Translations under genes and position numbers: made by a program
DNA from: Promethearchaeota archaeon
GTDB taxonomy: Archaea > Asgardarchaeota > Lokiarchaeia > Sigyniarchaeales > SOKP01
DNA length: 62,952 nt
Direction of reading: 5' to 3'
Assembly: GCA_016839705.1 (NCBI GenBank)
Contig: JAEOTR010000065.1
Span: forward strand, 1 to 62,952
Shown: in pieces, positions 39,815 to 49,826 of the stretch
Layout: every line of letters starts with the position of its first letter
Numbering within the stretch: position 1 is the first letter of the stretch
The notes under the pieces: model-generated
What the model saw: the letters and a program-made list of their open reading frames with translations, nothing else
Told to the model about the DNA's origin: nothing
The model's database searches: none

Positions 39815-41389
39815 TTAAATTAAACTCTGGCCTACTACACTCTTATGGGGCTTTTTTCCTAACAAATATAATAGCGTTGGAACAATATCTGTTGTCTTAC
39901 AATAGGGTATATGATTTTGCGGGAGATCTGAAGAACCCCCGATAATTAATGGTACATTCATACATTCTCTTGTACCCCTATCATGATTATGTATATTTTT
40001 ATTTCCTCTCTTCCCATTTTTCAAATTATAAACGATAGATCCATCGTTGCTTAGAATTAAATCACTACTCCTTGGATTTTTGAAATGACGTGGTATTAGA
40101 TCGGGATATAGTGGATAATCGAGGTGATAGGTCGCACTCAACCATTCTTGGATGGTATGGAATTTGTTATCTAATAGTTTACTAGCATTCTCATCATCTA
40201 GATAACCAAAAATATCGCTTTCATCATTATCCGATACGAATTTTGTCTTGAAATTATCACCAAGCCCTACATATTCAATTGTCCCAGAGATTGTCTTCAT
40301 TGATTTTTTAAATTTCCGTTTTAAATGAATAATCCCTTTTTTTACTGTGTTATTTTCATTCCGATAATACATTAAATGGCTTCCTTTAATTTTAAATAAT
40401 TCCTCTAATAAATTCACCTTTTTGGGTCCAAAACTTTCCATTTCCTCTATTTTAGGGTGAGACCAGCCATTTTCCATATTAAAACTATTCTTACCTTTGA
40501 AATTAAAGAACCCCACTCCATCATACTTAGATATATTCATATTTCCCTTTAGATTCTTACGAGGATGGTAGTGAGTGAGTAAATTACTTTTAAAAAAGTT
40601 AGGTATTATTCCAAATCTTTGAGCTTTATAGTTTCCATGATCCGATGTGATCGCAATTGCAGTCTCATTAAGATATCCCATTTTCTTCAATGCACTTGCT
40701 AAAACTCCTATAACCTTATCAATGTGTAAGATGTTCAATTTATATATGTGTGAATTATATCCAAAAAAATGTAGTAGAATATCAGGAGTCATAAACCATA
40801 GAACAGATATAACGGGGGTTTCTTTATTACTAAAAAATCTCTTGGGCTTTTTAAATACATCAATTATTTTATGTACAATTCCAGAATCCGTTCTGACCAT
40901 CATTTTCTTTTTATTGCGAGGAAAACCTAAAGCAAGATAATACATAGCAAGTTTCGTCTTTCTCTCTGGAAAAAAGTAATTTGCTCCTCGGTTAATAAAT
41001 TCACCAATACTAGCTGTATTCTCCTCTCCTGCCATTTCAAAAATAGTCTTGGTTCTATTCCCAATATCATTATTTAACTTATAAATTTGCATATTTCTAG
41101 ATGTATAATCCCTAAGATAAGGTGGTGCAAGATCACGACCCATCCAATTCATCAATGGAACACCATGACAATCTTCTTTCCTAAAATCTCCGGTATAGGT
41201 ACCAGTAAGCATTGAAACTTGAGTTGGATAGGTAATAGGGGGAAAATCAGTTATACAATTTTTAGAATAAATCCCTTCCTCCATCAATTTCTTGATATTG
41301 GGTAAAATGCCCCTTTCAACAAATTGAAATAGGTGATCAGATCTTAAATTATCAATTAAGCAAAGAATAACTCTATTTATCTTATTCAT
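39815..41389 (-). CDS. Alkaline phosphatase superfamily (nucleotide pyrophosphatase/phosphodiesterase-type) protein
   Basis: LIDNLR, DFPPITYP..SMLTG, PDILLH, TSDHG and DIVPTLL. Confidence 0.85.
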   Translation of the reverse strand: MNKINRVILCLIDNLRSDHLFQFVERGILPNIKKLMEEGIYSKNCITDFPPITYPTQVSMLTGTYTGDFRKEDCHGVPLMNWMGRDLAPPYLRDYTSRNMQIYKLNNDIGNRTKTIFEMAGEENTASIGEFINRGANYFFPERKTKLAMYYLALGFPRNKKKMMVRTDSGIVHKIIDVFKKPKRFFSNKETPVISVLWFMTPDILLHFFGYNSHIYKLNILHIDKVIGVLASALKKMGYLNETAIAITSDHGNYKAQRFGIIPNFFKSNLLTHYHPRKNLKGNMNISKYDGVGFFNFKGKNSFNMENGWSHPKIEEMESFGPKKVNLLEELFKIKGSHLMYYRNENNTVKKGIIHLKRKFKKSMKTISGTIEYVGLGDNFKTKFVSDNDESDIFGYLDDENASKLLDNKFHTIQEWLSATYHLDYPLYPDLIPRHFKNPRSSDLILSNDGSIVYNLKNGKRGNKNIHNHDRGTRECMNVPLIIGGSSDLPQNHIPYCKTTDIVPTLLYLLGKKPHKSVVGQSLI

Positions 41390-41640
41390 AATACTGTAAG
41401 ACTTAAGGTAGGAAATATAATACTTCTATAATTAAAAAATATAGTCTTATTAAATATTCGAAATAAAAAAATCTTAGATAAAATATTTATTAGATCCTGA
41501 AGGTAACTTCGAAATTTTTAGAGATCTTACAGAATTTCCTGATGTTTTCAACTCATTTCAAAAATGAGGATGTTCTAATAAAGAAAATAGAAAAATTCAA
41601 GGAGAAATCTATGTTTGAATATTTAAAGAAATAATAAAAT

Positions 41641-41739
41641 AGCCCCTGGTGGGAATTGAACCCACGGCCGGCAGATTACAATTACAGAGCAGTTTATTAT
41701 AAACTGCTGTCTGCTGCTCTACCACTAAGCCACAGAGGC
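41641..41739 (-). tRNA. tRNA-Thr(UGU) with a 27-nt intron at position 32/33 (intron 41682-41708)
   Basis: Acceptor stem GCCTCTG/CAGGGGC with U73; D-loop AGTGGTA; anticodon stem GCAGA/TCTGC; spliced loop CT-TGT-AA; T-arm GTGGG-TTCAATT-CCCAC. Confidence 0.92.
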
Positions 41740-41882
41740 AAAATTTTTTTCTATATTTTCTAGGAAATTGTTATAAATTTTTAATTTTGTGGTTTTCGAG
41801 CGTAATAAAATCAACACAAATAATTAAAAGTTAACTTGAACTATTGTTCATAATTTACAAAATATTCAAATCAATATTAAAA

Positions 41883-42230
41883 ATGCCGTTTACAAAAGAA
41901 GATGTTGTTAAATTAGCCTTTAAGATATATAAGGAAGGGGAACCATTAGAAAAATCAATTTGGCGCCTTGCGGAGCTCTGTGCAATTATTAACAAAAATG
42001 TGAAGAATGGGTATGATATTAAACCATTAGAAACTGACAACTTGGTTTTGCTTATAAGGGATGATGTAAATGGTGAGCTGCTTAAACCTCCCGAAAACGA
42101 AATACGAGAGGTTGCAGACATTATTTATCATGAAAATCCTTCAAAAAGCCAGCTTGATTGGTACATCGCAGAAAAGCAGCTTTTATTGAATTGGATTAAA
42201 GAAGTACTCGCCCATAATAAAAATCATTAA
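41883..42230 (+). CDS. Hypothetical protein with two DUF2934-like helical motifs
   Basis: EDVVKLAFKIY..W.LAE and NEIREVADIIY..W.IAE; likely ATG at 41883. Confidence 0.7.
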   Translation: MPFTKEDVVKLAFKIYKEGEPLEKSIWRLAELCAIINKNVKNGYDIKPLETDNLVLLIRDDVNGELLKPPENEIREVADIIYHENPSKSQLDWYIAEKQLLLNWIKEVLAHNKNH

Positions 42231-42392
42231 TAGAACCTTAAAATAAACCATTTGAGTCTACTTCTTTTAATACTAAATTGCATGAAAAATAAGTAGAATA
42301 ACTATTAAAGTAGGAATAGTTGGAATTATAATAAATCTTATACTTATTATCATTAATTCATAATTAAAATTTAATTCTTTTAGGTTAGAATT

Positions 42393-45300
42393 TTGCCTAG
42401 TTCGAGGAAAGGGAAAAAAAAGAAAGACGATAATAAAAGTCAAACTTCAATATTTTCTTTTGCAGATGAGAAAGAAAAGGAGAAAAAAGTCTCTGCCGAG
42501 AAGGACGAAAATAAGGAAAAATTAGAGCAAAGTAGAGAAAAATTAGAGGAAAAACCACCTATTAAAGAAGAAGAAATCGAAAAATCAGCTATTAAAGAAC
42601 AAGAACCCGAAAAATCCCCTATAACTGAAAAAAAAGTAACCAAAAAAGCATCTCAATTAACATTCTTTACTAAAAATGATAAACCATTTGGATTAAAAGT
42701 GGGGAATATAAAATTAGATAAGGTTTTCAGAGAAGGGGTAACCTCAAAATATATTAGATATCTAATTAAACAAGGGGAAATAGTTCAAAATTTAGAAAAA
42801 GGATTATTACTTGATGTTGATTATGATGGTGGGTTAAATAAGGCTTTCTGTAAATTCTATGATTTAGCGACAGACGAAATAAAGATTTGGATAGATACTA
42901 CAGAGCATGAACCTTATTGTCTAAGTAATGAACAAATAGGAGAATTAGAAAAATTATATTTTTCAGAAAAAATCGGTCAAGCGACACAAAAGAAGAAATT
43001 AACTGATTACGCTGGTTTTAAACGATTTGAGAAAGTTAAGAAGTTTAATTTGTTAAGAGATAAAGAAATTGAGATGACTAAACTTTATGGTGAAACTCCT
43101 ACAAATATTGGGGGATCGGGTACGAATATTCGTAATATTTTGGGTGAAAATGACAAAAAAGCATGGGAAGCAGATATACGGTATCACTTGAACTATATCT
43201 TTGATACTCAATTAATTCCTGGTTTAATTTATACTATAAAAGACGGTAATTTAGAAGAATTAAATTATGAGAAGATTGATGAAGATTCAAAAATAATGGC
43301 TAGTGAGCTTCGAGATCTATTCAAGAGTGAATCTCCAGAAATCCAAGAGTTTTCTGAGAAATTCTTAGATATTTTTATTACTCCTATTCCTGATGTTAAA
43401 CGTATGGCAATGGATATTGAAGTTAAAGTAGGTAAAGATGATTATAGAATCCCTGATCCTCATCTTGCTAAACAAGAGGTTATCAGTATATCTTTTGTGG
43501 TTACTGATGGATTAAAACTGGTTTACATGTTAGAACGTGAGGAATATTCCATTAAAGAATTTCATGAAGATTTTCCTTCAGATGCTAAAGTTGTTTTGTT
43601 TAAATCTGAAAAAGACTTGATGACAGAAACATTTCGGCTTATGTGGAAATACCCTATAATCATCACCTTTAATGGAGATAACTTTGATCTTAATTATTTA
43701 TATCATCGGGCTGAAAAGCTAAAAGTAAACAAAGATCTTAATCCAATCCATGTAAAACGAGGATTTGGGATTATGTCAAAAGCAGAATGTGATTTAAGAC
43801 ACGGCATTCATATTGATGTATTTAATTTATTCTTTAATAGGAGTATTTCTGGATATGCTTTTGGAGGTGTGTATGAGAGTGCATCACTAAATGCGATTAG
43901 TGCTGCCTTATTAGGCGAAGAAAAATTTCAGCATGATGAGATAATTCATGAAATGGAATTTGATATTCTTTCATGGTATAATCTTAAAGACTCATTATTA
44001 ACACTGGAACTAACTAAATTTAACAACTCCTTAGTATGGAATTTAATTATATTGTTGTGCCGGATAACGAAGATGCCGATTCATGACATGGTTCGAAGGC
44101 AAATCTCAACTTGGATCCAGAATATTTTTTATTTTGAACACCGAAGAAAAAACTATCTAATCCCGAGGCGCTCAGAAATATCTGAATTCAAAAAAGGCGG
44201 GAAATTAATGTCCAGAGCTAATGATGAGAAATTCCAAGGGGCCTATGTTATCCAACCTGTTCCTGGAATTCATTTTGATGTTGTAGTTATGGATTTCGCA
44301 TCACTGTATCCCTCTATTATTAAAGAATACAATCTTTCATATGAAACTGTTTTATGCCCTCATAAAGATGATGAAGATAATCTTGTAAAAGGAACACCTT
44401 ATCATATTTGTACCCATAAAATGGGGATCTTTGCTTATGTAGTAGGATTTTTCCGGGATATTAGAGTAAAATACTTCAAACCAAAGTCCGGTGATAAAGA
44501 ATTAACAGAAAAACAACGCAACTATTATCAGACTATTCAACAGGCATTAAAAGTGTTTATTAATGGGTCCTACGGTGTATTTGGGAGTCAAAATTTTCCA
44601 TTGTTTTGTCTACCTGTAGCAGAAAGCACAACAGGTATTGGACAATATTCTATCAAACAAACTATCAAAAAAGCTGAGGAATTAGGTGTAGAAGTTTTAT
44701 ATGGAGATAGCGTTACTGGAGATACGCCCTTATTGCTTAGAAGAAATAACACTATTACAATTAAAAGGATTGATGAAATAGGTTCAGAATGGATTAATGC
44801 TGGCGATAAAGAAATAGCCTTTTCTGAATTTGAAGTATGGGGAGAAAAAGGATTTAATAAAATCAATAAAGTTATAAGACATAAAACAAAAAAGAAACTA
44901 TTTAGAATTCTAACACATATAGGAGTTGTCGATGTAACTGAAGACCATAGCCTTTTAACCAAAAATAAGGAAATGATAAAACCTGGACAAGTTAAAATAG
45001 GAACCGAATTGTTACATGCGTTTCCAAAAGAATATAGTGAAAATTTCAATTCAGATCTCTCTAAAGATGAAGCATTTGTATTTGGTTTATTTTATGCTGA
45101 TGGTTCAGCAGGAATATATGATACTAAATGGGGTTATAAATACTCCTGGGCAATAAACAATCAAGATAGAGAATTATTAACAAGAAGTCTAGAAATTCTC
45201 AATCAAATTGAAGCAAAAAATGGATTAGAATTTAAAATTATTGACACTATTGAATCTTCAGCAGTTTACAAATTAATACCTACAGGCGGGTTAAAAGAAA

Positions 45301-46385
45301 TAACCGAAAGATATAGGTCACTTTTTTATAATAAAAACAGTCAAAAAATAATACCAGATATGATTCTAAATGCCCCTTTTGAGATCAAGAAATCATTTTT
45401 CGAAGGATATTATTCTGGAGATGGAGATAAATGGGGACGAAATAAATTCGGGAACACACGACTTTCCAATAAAGGAAAAGTAGGTACAATGGGATTTTAT
45501 TATCTATTATCTGCTTTAGGTTATAAAGTAAGTATTAATTCAAGATTGGATAAACTGAATGTGTATCGATTAAATGCCACAAAATCATATCAAAGAAAAA
45601 ACCCAAATGCTATTAAAAAGATTATTCCTCTTGGAATATCTAAAGATTTTGTATTTGATTTAGAAACAGAAAGTCATCATTTTCACGCAGGTATTGGACA
45701 GATGATTATCCACAATACAGACTCAGTTTTTCTTAAAAATCCCAATAAAGATCAAATGAAAGAAATATCAAATTGGAGTAAAAAAGAATTAGATCTTGAT
45801 TTAGAAGAGGAAAAGACTTACCAATTTTTGGCATTATCAGATCGAAAAAAGAATTATATTGGAATATATAAGAATACAAAATACACAGATGTAAAAGGAT
45901 TAGTGGCCAAAAAGAAAAACACTCCAGAATTTATTAAAAAAGCCTTTAGTGAAATGATTGAACTATTGAAAAAAATTACAAATAATGAAGACTTCTTGAA
46001 GGCAAAAGATGAAATCATAGAGATCGTGAGAGATAATTTAAGGAAAATAGGGAAACCGAATACATTTGTATTAGGAGACTATGCTATAAATATTGGGTTA
46101 CAAAAAGATCTGAAAAACTATACTAAAACTATTCCCCAACACGTTAGGGCTGCTAAGGAATTAAGAGATGTGACAGGAAGAAACTTTCAAAAAGGTGAGA
46201 CAATCAGCTTTATTAAAAGTAAGGGAGCAAGCGGGGCAAAAGCAATTGAATTGGCTAAACTCCAAGATATAGATACCAAAAAATACAAGGAGTTATTAAA
46301 ATCTGCATTTGAACAAGTCTTGGATGCCCTTGGTATAACTTTTGATGAAATTCGAGGTATAAAAAAGTTGGATGCGTTTTTTTAA
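42393..46385 (+). CDS. polB1: Family B DNA polymerase, PolB1 type, intein-containing
   Basis: LLDVDYDG and WEADIRYH; exonuclease motifs DIE, FNGDNFD and YNLKD; polymerase motifs DFASLYPSII, KVFINGSYG and YGD|TDS; C-terminal KKLDAFF. Confidence 0.95.
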   Translation: MPSSRKGKKKKDDNKSQTSIFSFADEKEKEKKVSAEKDENKEKLEQSREKLEEKPPIKEEEIEKSAIKEQEPEKSPITEKKVTKKASQLTFFTKNDKPFGLKVGNIKLDKVFREGVTSKYIRYLIKQGEIVQNLEKGLLLDVDYDGGLNKAFCKFYDLATDEIKIWIDTTEHEPYCLSNEQIGELEKLYFSEKIGQATQKKKLTDYAGFKRFEKVKKFNLLRDKEIEMTKLYGETPTNIGGSGTNIRNILGENDKKAWEADIRYHLNYIFDTQLIPGLIYTIKDGNLEELNYEKIDEDSKIMASELRDLFKSESPEIQEFSEKFLDIFITPIPDVKRMAMDIEVKVGKDDYRIPDPHLAKQEVISISFVVTDGLKLVYMLEREEYSIKEFHEDFPSDAKVVLFKSEKDLMTETFRLMWKYPIIITFNGDNFDLNYLYHRAEKLKVNKDLNPIHVKRGFGIMSKAECDLRHGIHIDVFNLFFNRSISGYAFGGVYESASLNAISAALLGEEKFQHDEIIHEMEFDILSWYNLKDSLLTLELTKFNNSLVWNLIILLCRITKMPIHDMVRRQISTWIQNIFYFEHRRKNYLIPRRSEISEFKKGGKLMSRANDEKFQGAYVIQPVPGIHFDVVVMDFASLYPSIIKEYNLSYETVLCPHKDDEDNLVKGTPYHICTHKMGIFAYVVGFFRDIRVKYFKPKSGDKELTEKQRNYYQTIQQALKVFINGSYGVFGSQNFPLFCLPVAESTTGIGQYSIKQTIKKAEELGVEVLYGDSVTGDTPLLLRRNNTITIKRIDEIGSEWINAGDKEIAFSEFEVWGEKGFNKINKVIRHKTKKKLFRILTHIGVVDVTEDHSLLTKNKEMIKPGQVKIGTELLHAFPKEYSENFNSDLSKDEAFVFGLFYADGSAGIYDTKWGYKYSWAINNQDRELLTRSLEILNQIEAKNGLEFKIIDTIESSAVYKLIPTGGLKEITERYRSLFYNKNSQKIIPDMILNAPFEIKKSFFEGYYSGDGDKWGRNKFGNTRLSNKGKVGTMGFYYLLSALGYKVSINSRLDKLNVYRLNATKSYQRKNPNAIKKIIPLGISKDFVFDLETESHHFHAGIGQMIIHNTDSVFLKNPNKDQMKEISNWSKKELDLDLEEEKTYQFLALSDRKKNYIGIYKNTKYTDVKGLVAKKKNTPEFIKKAFSEMIELLKKITNNEDFLKAKDEIIEIVRDNLRKIGKPNTFVLGDYAINIGLQKDLKNYTKTIPQHVRAAKELRDVTGRNFQKGETISFIKSKGASGAKAIELAKLQDIDTKKYKELLKSAFEQVLDALGITFDEIRGIKKLDAFF
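44709..45716 (+). mobile_element. Intein with LAGLIDADG homing endonuclease (336 aa) at the YGD|TDS (pol-c) site
   Basis: Begins SVTGDTP; block B VTEDHSL; LAGLIDADG helices FGLFYADG and FEGYYSGDG; ends HN with +1 Thr. Confidence 0.95.
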
Positions 46386-46423
46386 ATAAAACCAAAAAAA
46401 AGAATAGAAATAATTTTTATAGA

Positions 46424-46840
46424 TTATTTCTTTTTGTTAAATTCATCTGGATTTCCACCAGCTTCAAGATATTCAGCATATTTTTTCAAACTTTTTACAA
46501 GCATCTCTCCTGCTATTCCAAGTATAGGTTCTTGACCTGGGTCATCAAATTCAGCCCAGATAGTTGCTTCTACGACATCTCCCTTTGGTTTTAGTACATA
46601 ACCTAAACTTGTCATTGGACTTCCTTCTTGAGTAGCAGAAAGACTTTCAGGAGGATTTGTTTCAATACGAGTTGAAGTAACATCTCCCACATTCGTTTTG
46701 AAGAAATAGTTACCTGGACCCAGCTCAGTAACTTTATTCACTACGATATTCCACCGTGCATAATCCCTGTCATCATCAATTATCTTGAATATCTTTTCTT
46801 GAGGTGCTTTAATATCCACTTTTTTTTCAACACGAGGCAA
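46424..46840 (-). CDS. SRPBCC/START-like (polyketide cyclase-like) protein
   Basis: VEKKVDIKAP.EKIF....D....RWN and a C-terminal SLKKYAE helix. The TTG at 46840 follows GAGGGTGA. Confidence 0.8.
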   Translation of the reverse strand: MPRVEKKVDIKAPQEKIFKIIDDDRDYARWNIVVNKVTELGPGNYFFKTNVGDVTSTRIETNPPESLSATQEGSPMTSLGYVLKPKGDVVEATIWAEFDDPGQEPILGIAGEMLVKSLKKYAEYLEAGGNPDEFNKKK

Positions 46841-47153
46841 ATTTCTCACCCTCTATAGATTTGATATAAATCGTTTAAAATTTTTGGTAAATAAGTTTAG
46901 AACTTAAGGATATAAAAGGTTTTATTTTTTTATAAAGTAAATCAAATATGATTATGAGAAAAGCATTAAATGGACAATAGCCATTTACTTTCTTCACAAT
47001 AGTAAATTAGTGTTTTTACTTGTTGAATCCATAATATTGCTAGTAAAAATAAGAATTTACCAGTTGATTTCTGTATAATGTTTATATTCTATATTTAACA
47101 ACAGAAAGTTGATCAAAATCAAAATTTGATTATGAAATTTGAGAGGGAATTAA

Positions 47154-48491
47154 ATGGTTGGTATAAAAAATTTTATGTGGGTATTTCCAATTTTTGGTGC
47201 TGTTTTTGGGATTCTTATATTTGTATTCCCTGTAATGAATTGGTATCTTGATGCATATTACTTTATGAATTGGTCTTACTGGATTTTTGGATTGGCTTAT
47301 TATCGTTATATTGGCCATGACATAACTGATCCTAGAGTCTTTGAGATTAACTTTACAACCAATCTTAACCTATTGATAGTTTCATTCATTACTATGATAC
47401 TTATCTCTGTGGCGGTAATATTTCTCATAATTGCAGGCATTTCTAACATGAGAAAATCCCTTTATAATAAAAAATTTATGACGAGAACAAGCATTGGTAC
47501 TATTCTATTATTTGCTGGTGGCATTTTATTTTGGGTAGGAGCGGGTTGGCCTACAACTCCACATTCGTTACCTTATCCTCCTGTTTCAAGTGTATGGAAC
47601 CTCTTTAATGGGGGATTTAGTGCATATACTCCATTTATCGGAGGTGGAATAGCATTACTTGGAATTCCTCTATACTATTATATCTTAAAAACGAGAGTTG
47701 AGAAATCAGCACAAGGAAAAGAAACTAGTTTAAAAACTAAAGGATTTAAAGAAAAAACTGGAGTGAAAAAATATATATGGGTCGTTCCAACTATCGGAGT
47801 TATTTTTGGGATTATTACATTTCTTGCCCCTGCAATTTCCTTCAGTTTTACTACTTATGCTTCGATGAATTGGTATTACTGGATATGGGGATTGACTTCA
47901 TATAGTCTTATTGACCCAGACCCATATGGACCTCCTGACATCTCAGAGATTGCTTTTACTAATAATACTCAATTATTAACTTTTTCAATTGTAAGTTCGA
48001 TAATGATCTTGGCAGGAGTAATAATCCTTTTAATTCAAGCTAGAGCTAGCAGGAAAAACATGCATTACAGTAAAAAATTTATGATAAGAACAGGAATTAG
48101 TGCGGTATTACTAATCACTGGGGGAATTTTATTTTGGGTAGGAGCAGATTGGCCAACAACCCAACAGACTGGACCTTTTCCTCTTGGTGTGAGTGTATGG
48201 ACCTATTTTAATGAAGGTTTTAGTATATATGCTCCATTTATTGCAGGGGGAATATCCTTACTAGGAATAACCGTACATTATATAATATTTAAATTTAGAA
48301 TTGAAGCGTCAAGGAAAAGAGGAGATATAAGTTATAAAATCGATGAATTTAGAGAGAAAATTGATGCGGTTTATGATATTGAAAAAGAAATAAATGACAA
48401 AATAGCTAAATTGGAGGAAACTCAAAGAAAAATCTTAATACAGATATCTGATTTAAGAAAAACTGACGAATTAGAAAACCCACCAATTTGA
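47154..48491 (+). CDS. Membrane protein with two tandem 4-TM domains and a C-terminal coiled coil
   Basis: Internal repeat with a 200-aa period at its start; heptad-rich C-terminus. Confidence 0.85.
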   Translation: MVGIKNFMWVFPIFGAVFGILIFVFPVMNWYLDAYYFMNWSYWIFGLAYYRYIGHDITDPRVFEINFTTNLNLLIVSFITMILISVAVIFLIIAGISNMRKSLYNKKFMTRTSIGTILLFAGGILFWVGAGWPTTPHSLPYPPVSSVWNLFNGGFSAYTPFIGGGIALLGIPLYYYILKTRVEKSAQGKETSLKTKGFKEKTGVKKYIWVVPTIGVIFGIITFLAPAISFSFTTYASMNWYYWIWGLTSYSLIDPDPYGPPDISEIAFTNNTQLLTFSIVSSIMILAGVIILLIQARASRKNMHYSKKFMIRTGISAVLLITGGILFWVGADWPTTQQTGPFPLGVSVWTYFNEGFSIYAPFIAGGISLLGITVHYIIFKFRIEASRKRGDISYKIDEFREKIDAVYDIEKEINDKIAKLEETQRKILIQISDLRKTDELENPPI

Positions 48492-48652
48492 ATTTGCAAA
48501 AAATCCAATATCGTAAAAGAGGTAACATTAAAAGAAATCCCCAAGGTTAGAAAAAATTCCTTAGAAATTATCTATTTTTTTTTTATATAAAATACGAGAT
48601 TTCCTTATTCTTTTTAAAGATGATAAATCGAAGAATTTTTTTAAGAACGGAA

Positions 48653-49723
48653 TTACAGGAAATAATAAAATATCCCCATTATCAAGGAACAAAAAATTGG
48701 ATTTAAAATATTGTCATCTATTCGTAGGTTTAAAAGGTCAATTATCAAAAACGTGAGTCCCCCACTAAAACCAATTAATATAATTTTTATGTATAATAAA
48801 GCGGGTTCGAATAACGCAACAATCCCTATACCAATTACAAAAGAAGTCAAAAATCCTGCGATATAACCAACAATCGTTTTCTCAGACGATTTAGGGAATT
48901 TTTTCTTACCAAATTTCAATCCAAATAATGATGCAGCCCCATCTCCGATAGTAGAAATTAATATTGATGCCGCAATTATACAGAATGGAAAAAAAAATAT
49001 AGGAACAAAGGATAGAGCTAAGACTGCGGGTCTAATGAAATCAAAGTTTTCTCTATGCCTCATAGACTTACTTAAAAGATTTAAGACATTATCGGGGATA
49101 AGATGGAATAAATTGTGATTTTCAAAAACAAAGGATAATCTTGCATAATCTAAAGCGCCAAACATTAAAATTCCCGAATAACCAACAGTCAAGATTAAAA
49201 ATCGAGCAAATTCTTCTCCAGTTATACCCCACGCTATGTCAGCATTCCATAGGCCTTCCCAAATATATATAGCAAAAATCCATAGGAAAATAACTAATCC
49301 GGCTGGAATTAAATGCAAAGCCTTTCTGTGGACATCAATTCTTAATTTTTGTAATCCTGCATCAGACTTTAGGTCGAATTTTTTTAAAAATATTTCAATA
49401 TTGCGTTTCTCCTTTATTTCTGGATGCTTCTTTATAACAAAATTATATTGATAGAATAGAATTAAGAATATCAAACTCGGTGTAAAAATACAAATAGAGA
49501 AGGTTGATAGCATTTGGAAAAATCTGATATTTGGATTATAGGCAGAAAAAAAGAGAGGATATATTATTCCTGCTGTCACCCATAAAAAGAATGTTAAGAC
49601 ACTGTTCATAAAATTATGATCCAAAGAATATTTCTGGTTCAATTTAATCGCATAATAGAATAAACCAGATCCACTTAACACAAAGAGGATCGTAACTGGC
49701 AACGAGACTATGTCATATCCCAT
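48653..49723 (-). CDS. Polyprenol (dolichol/phytol/farnesol) kinase family, CTP-dependent
   Basis: HRKALHL, IGDGAASLFG..FGKKK, KTIVG and IDDN; multiple TM. Confidence 0.82.
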   Translation of the reverse strand: MGYDIVSLPVTILFVLSGSGLFYYAIKLNQKYSLDHNFMNSVLTFFLWVTAGIIYPLFFSAYNPNIRFFQMLSTFSICIFTPSLIFLILFYQYNFVIKKHPEIKEKRNIEIFLKKFDLKSDAGLQKLRIDVHRKALHLIPAGLVIFLWIFAIYIWEGLWNADIAWGITGEEFARFLILTVGYSGILMFGALDYARLSFVFENHNLFHLIPDNVLNLLSKSMRHRENFDFIRPAVLALSFVPIFFFPFCIIAASILISTIGDGAASLFGLKFGKKKFPKSSEKTIVGYIAGFLTSFVIGIGIVALFEPALLYIKIILIGFSGGLTFLIIDLLNLRIDDNILNPIFCSLIMGIFYYFL

Positions 49724-49826
49724 GATATCTTTAATTAAAATTCTATTTCAAAAATATCTTTTGGAAAAAACATCCTTGCAAAAGAAAATGTGCTATTAAA
49801 AGGAAAATTAGGAAAGAAAAAGAAGA

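Noticed and set aside
41676-41687. Alternative reading as tRNA-Tyr(GUA) from the CUGUAA at the intron end
   Set aside because: BHB geometry, the G1-C72 pair and U73 all fit Thr, and a Tyr product would need a second unsupported excision.
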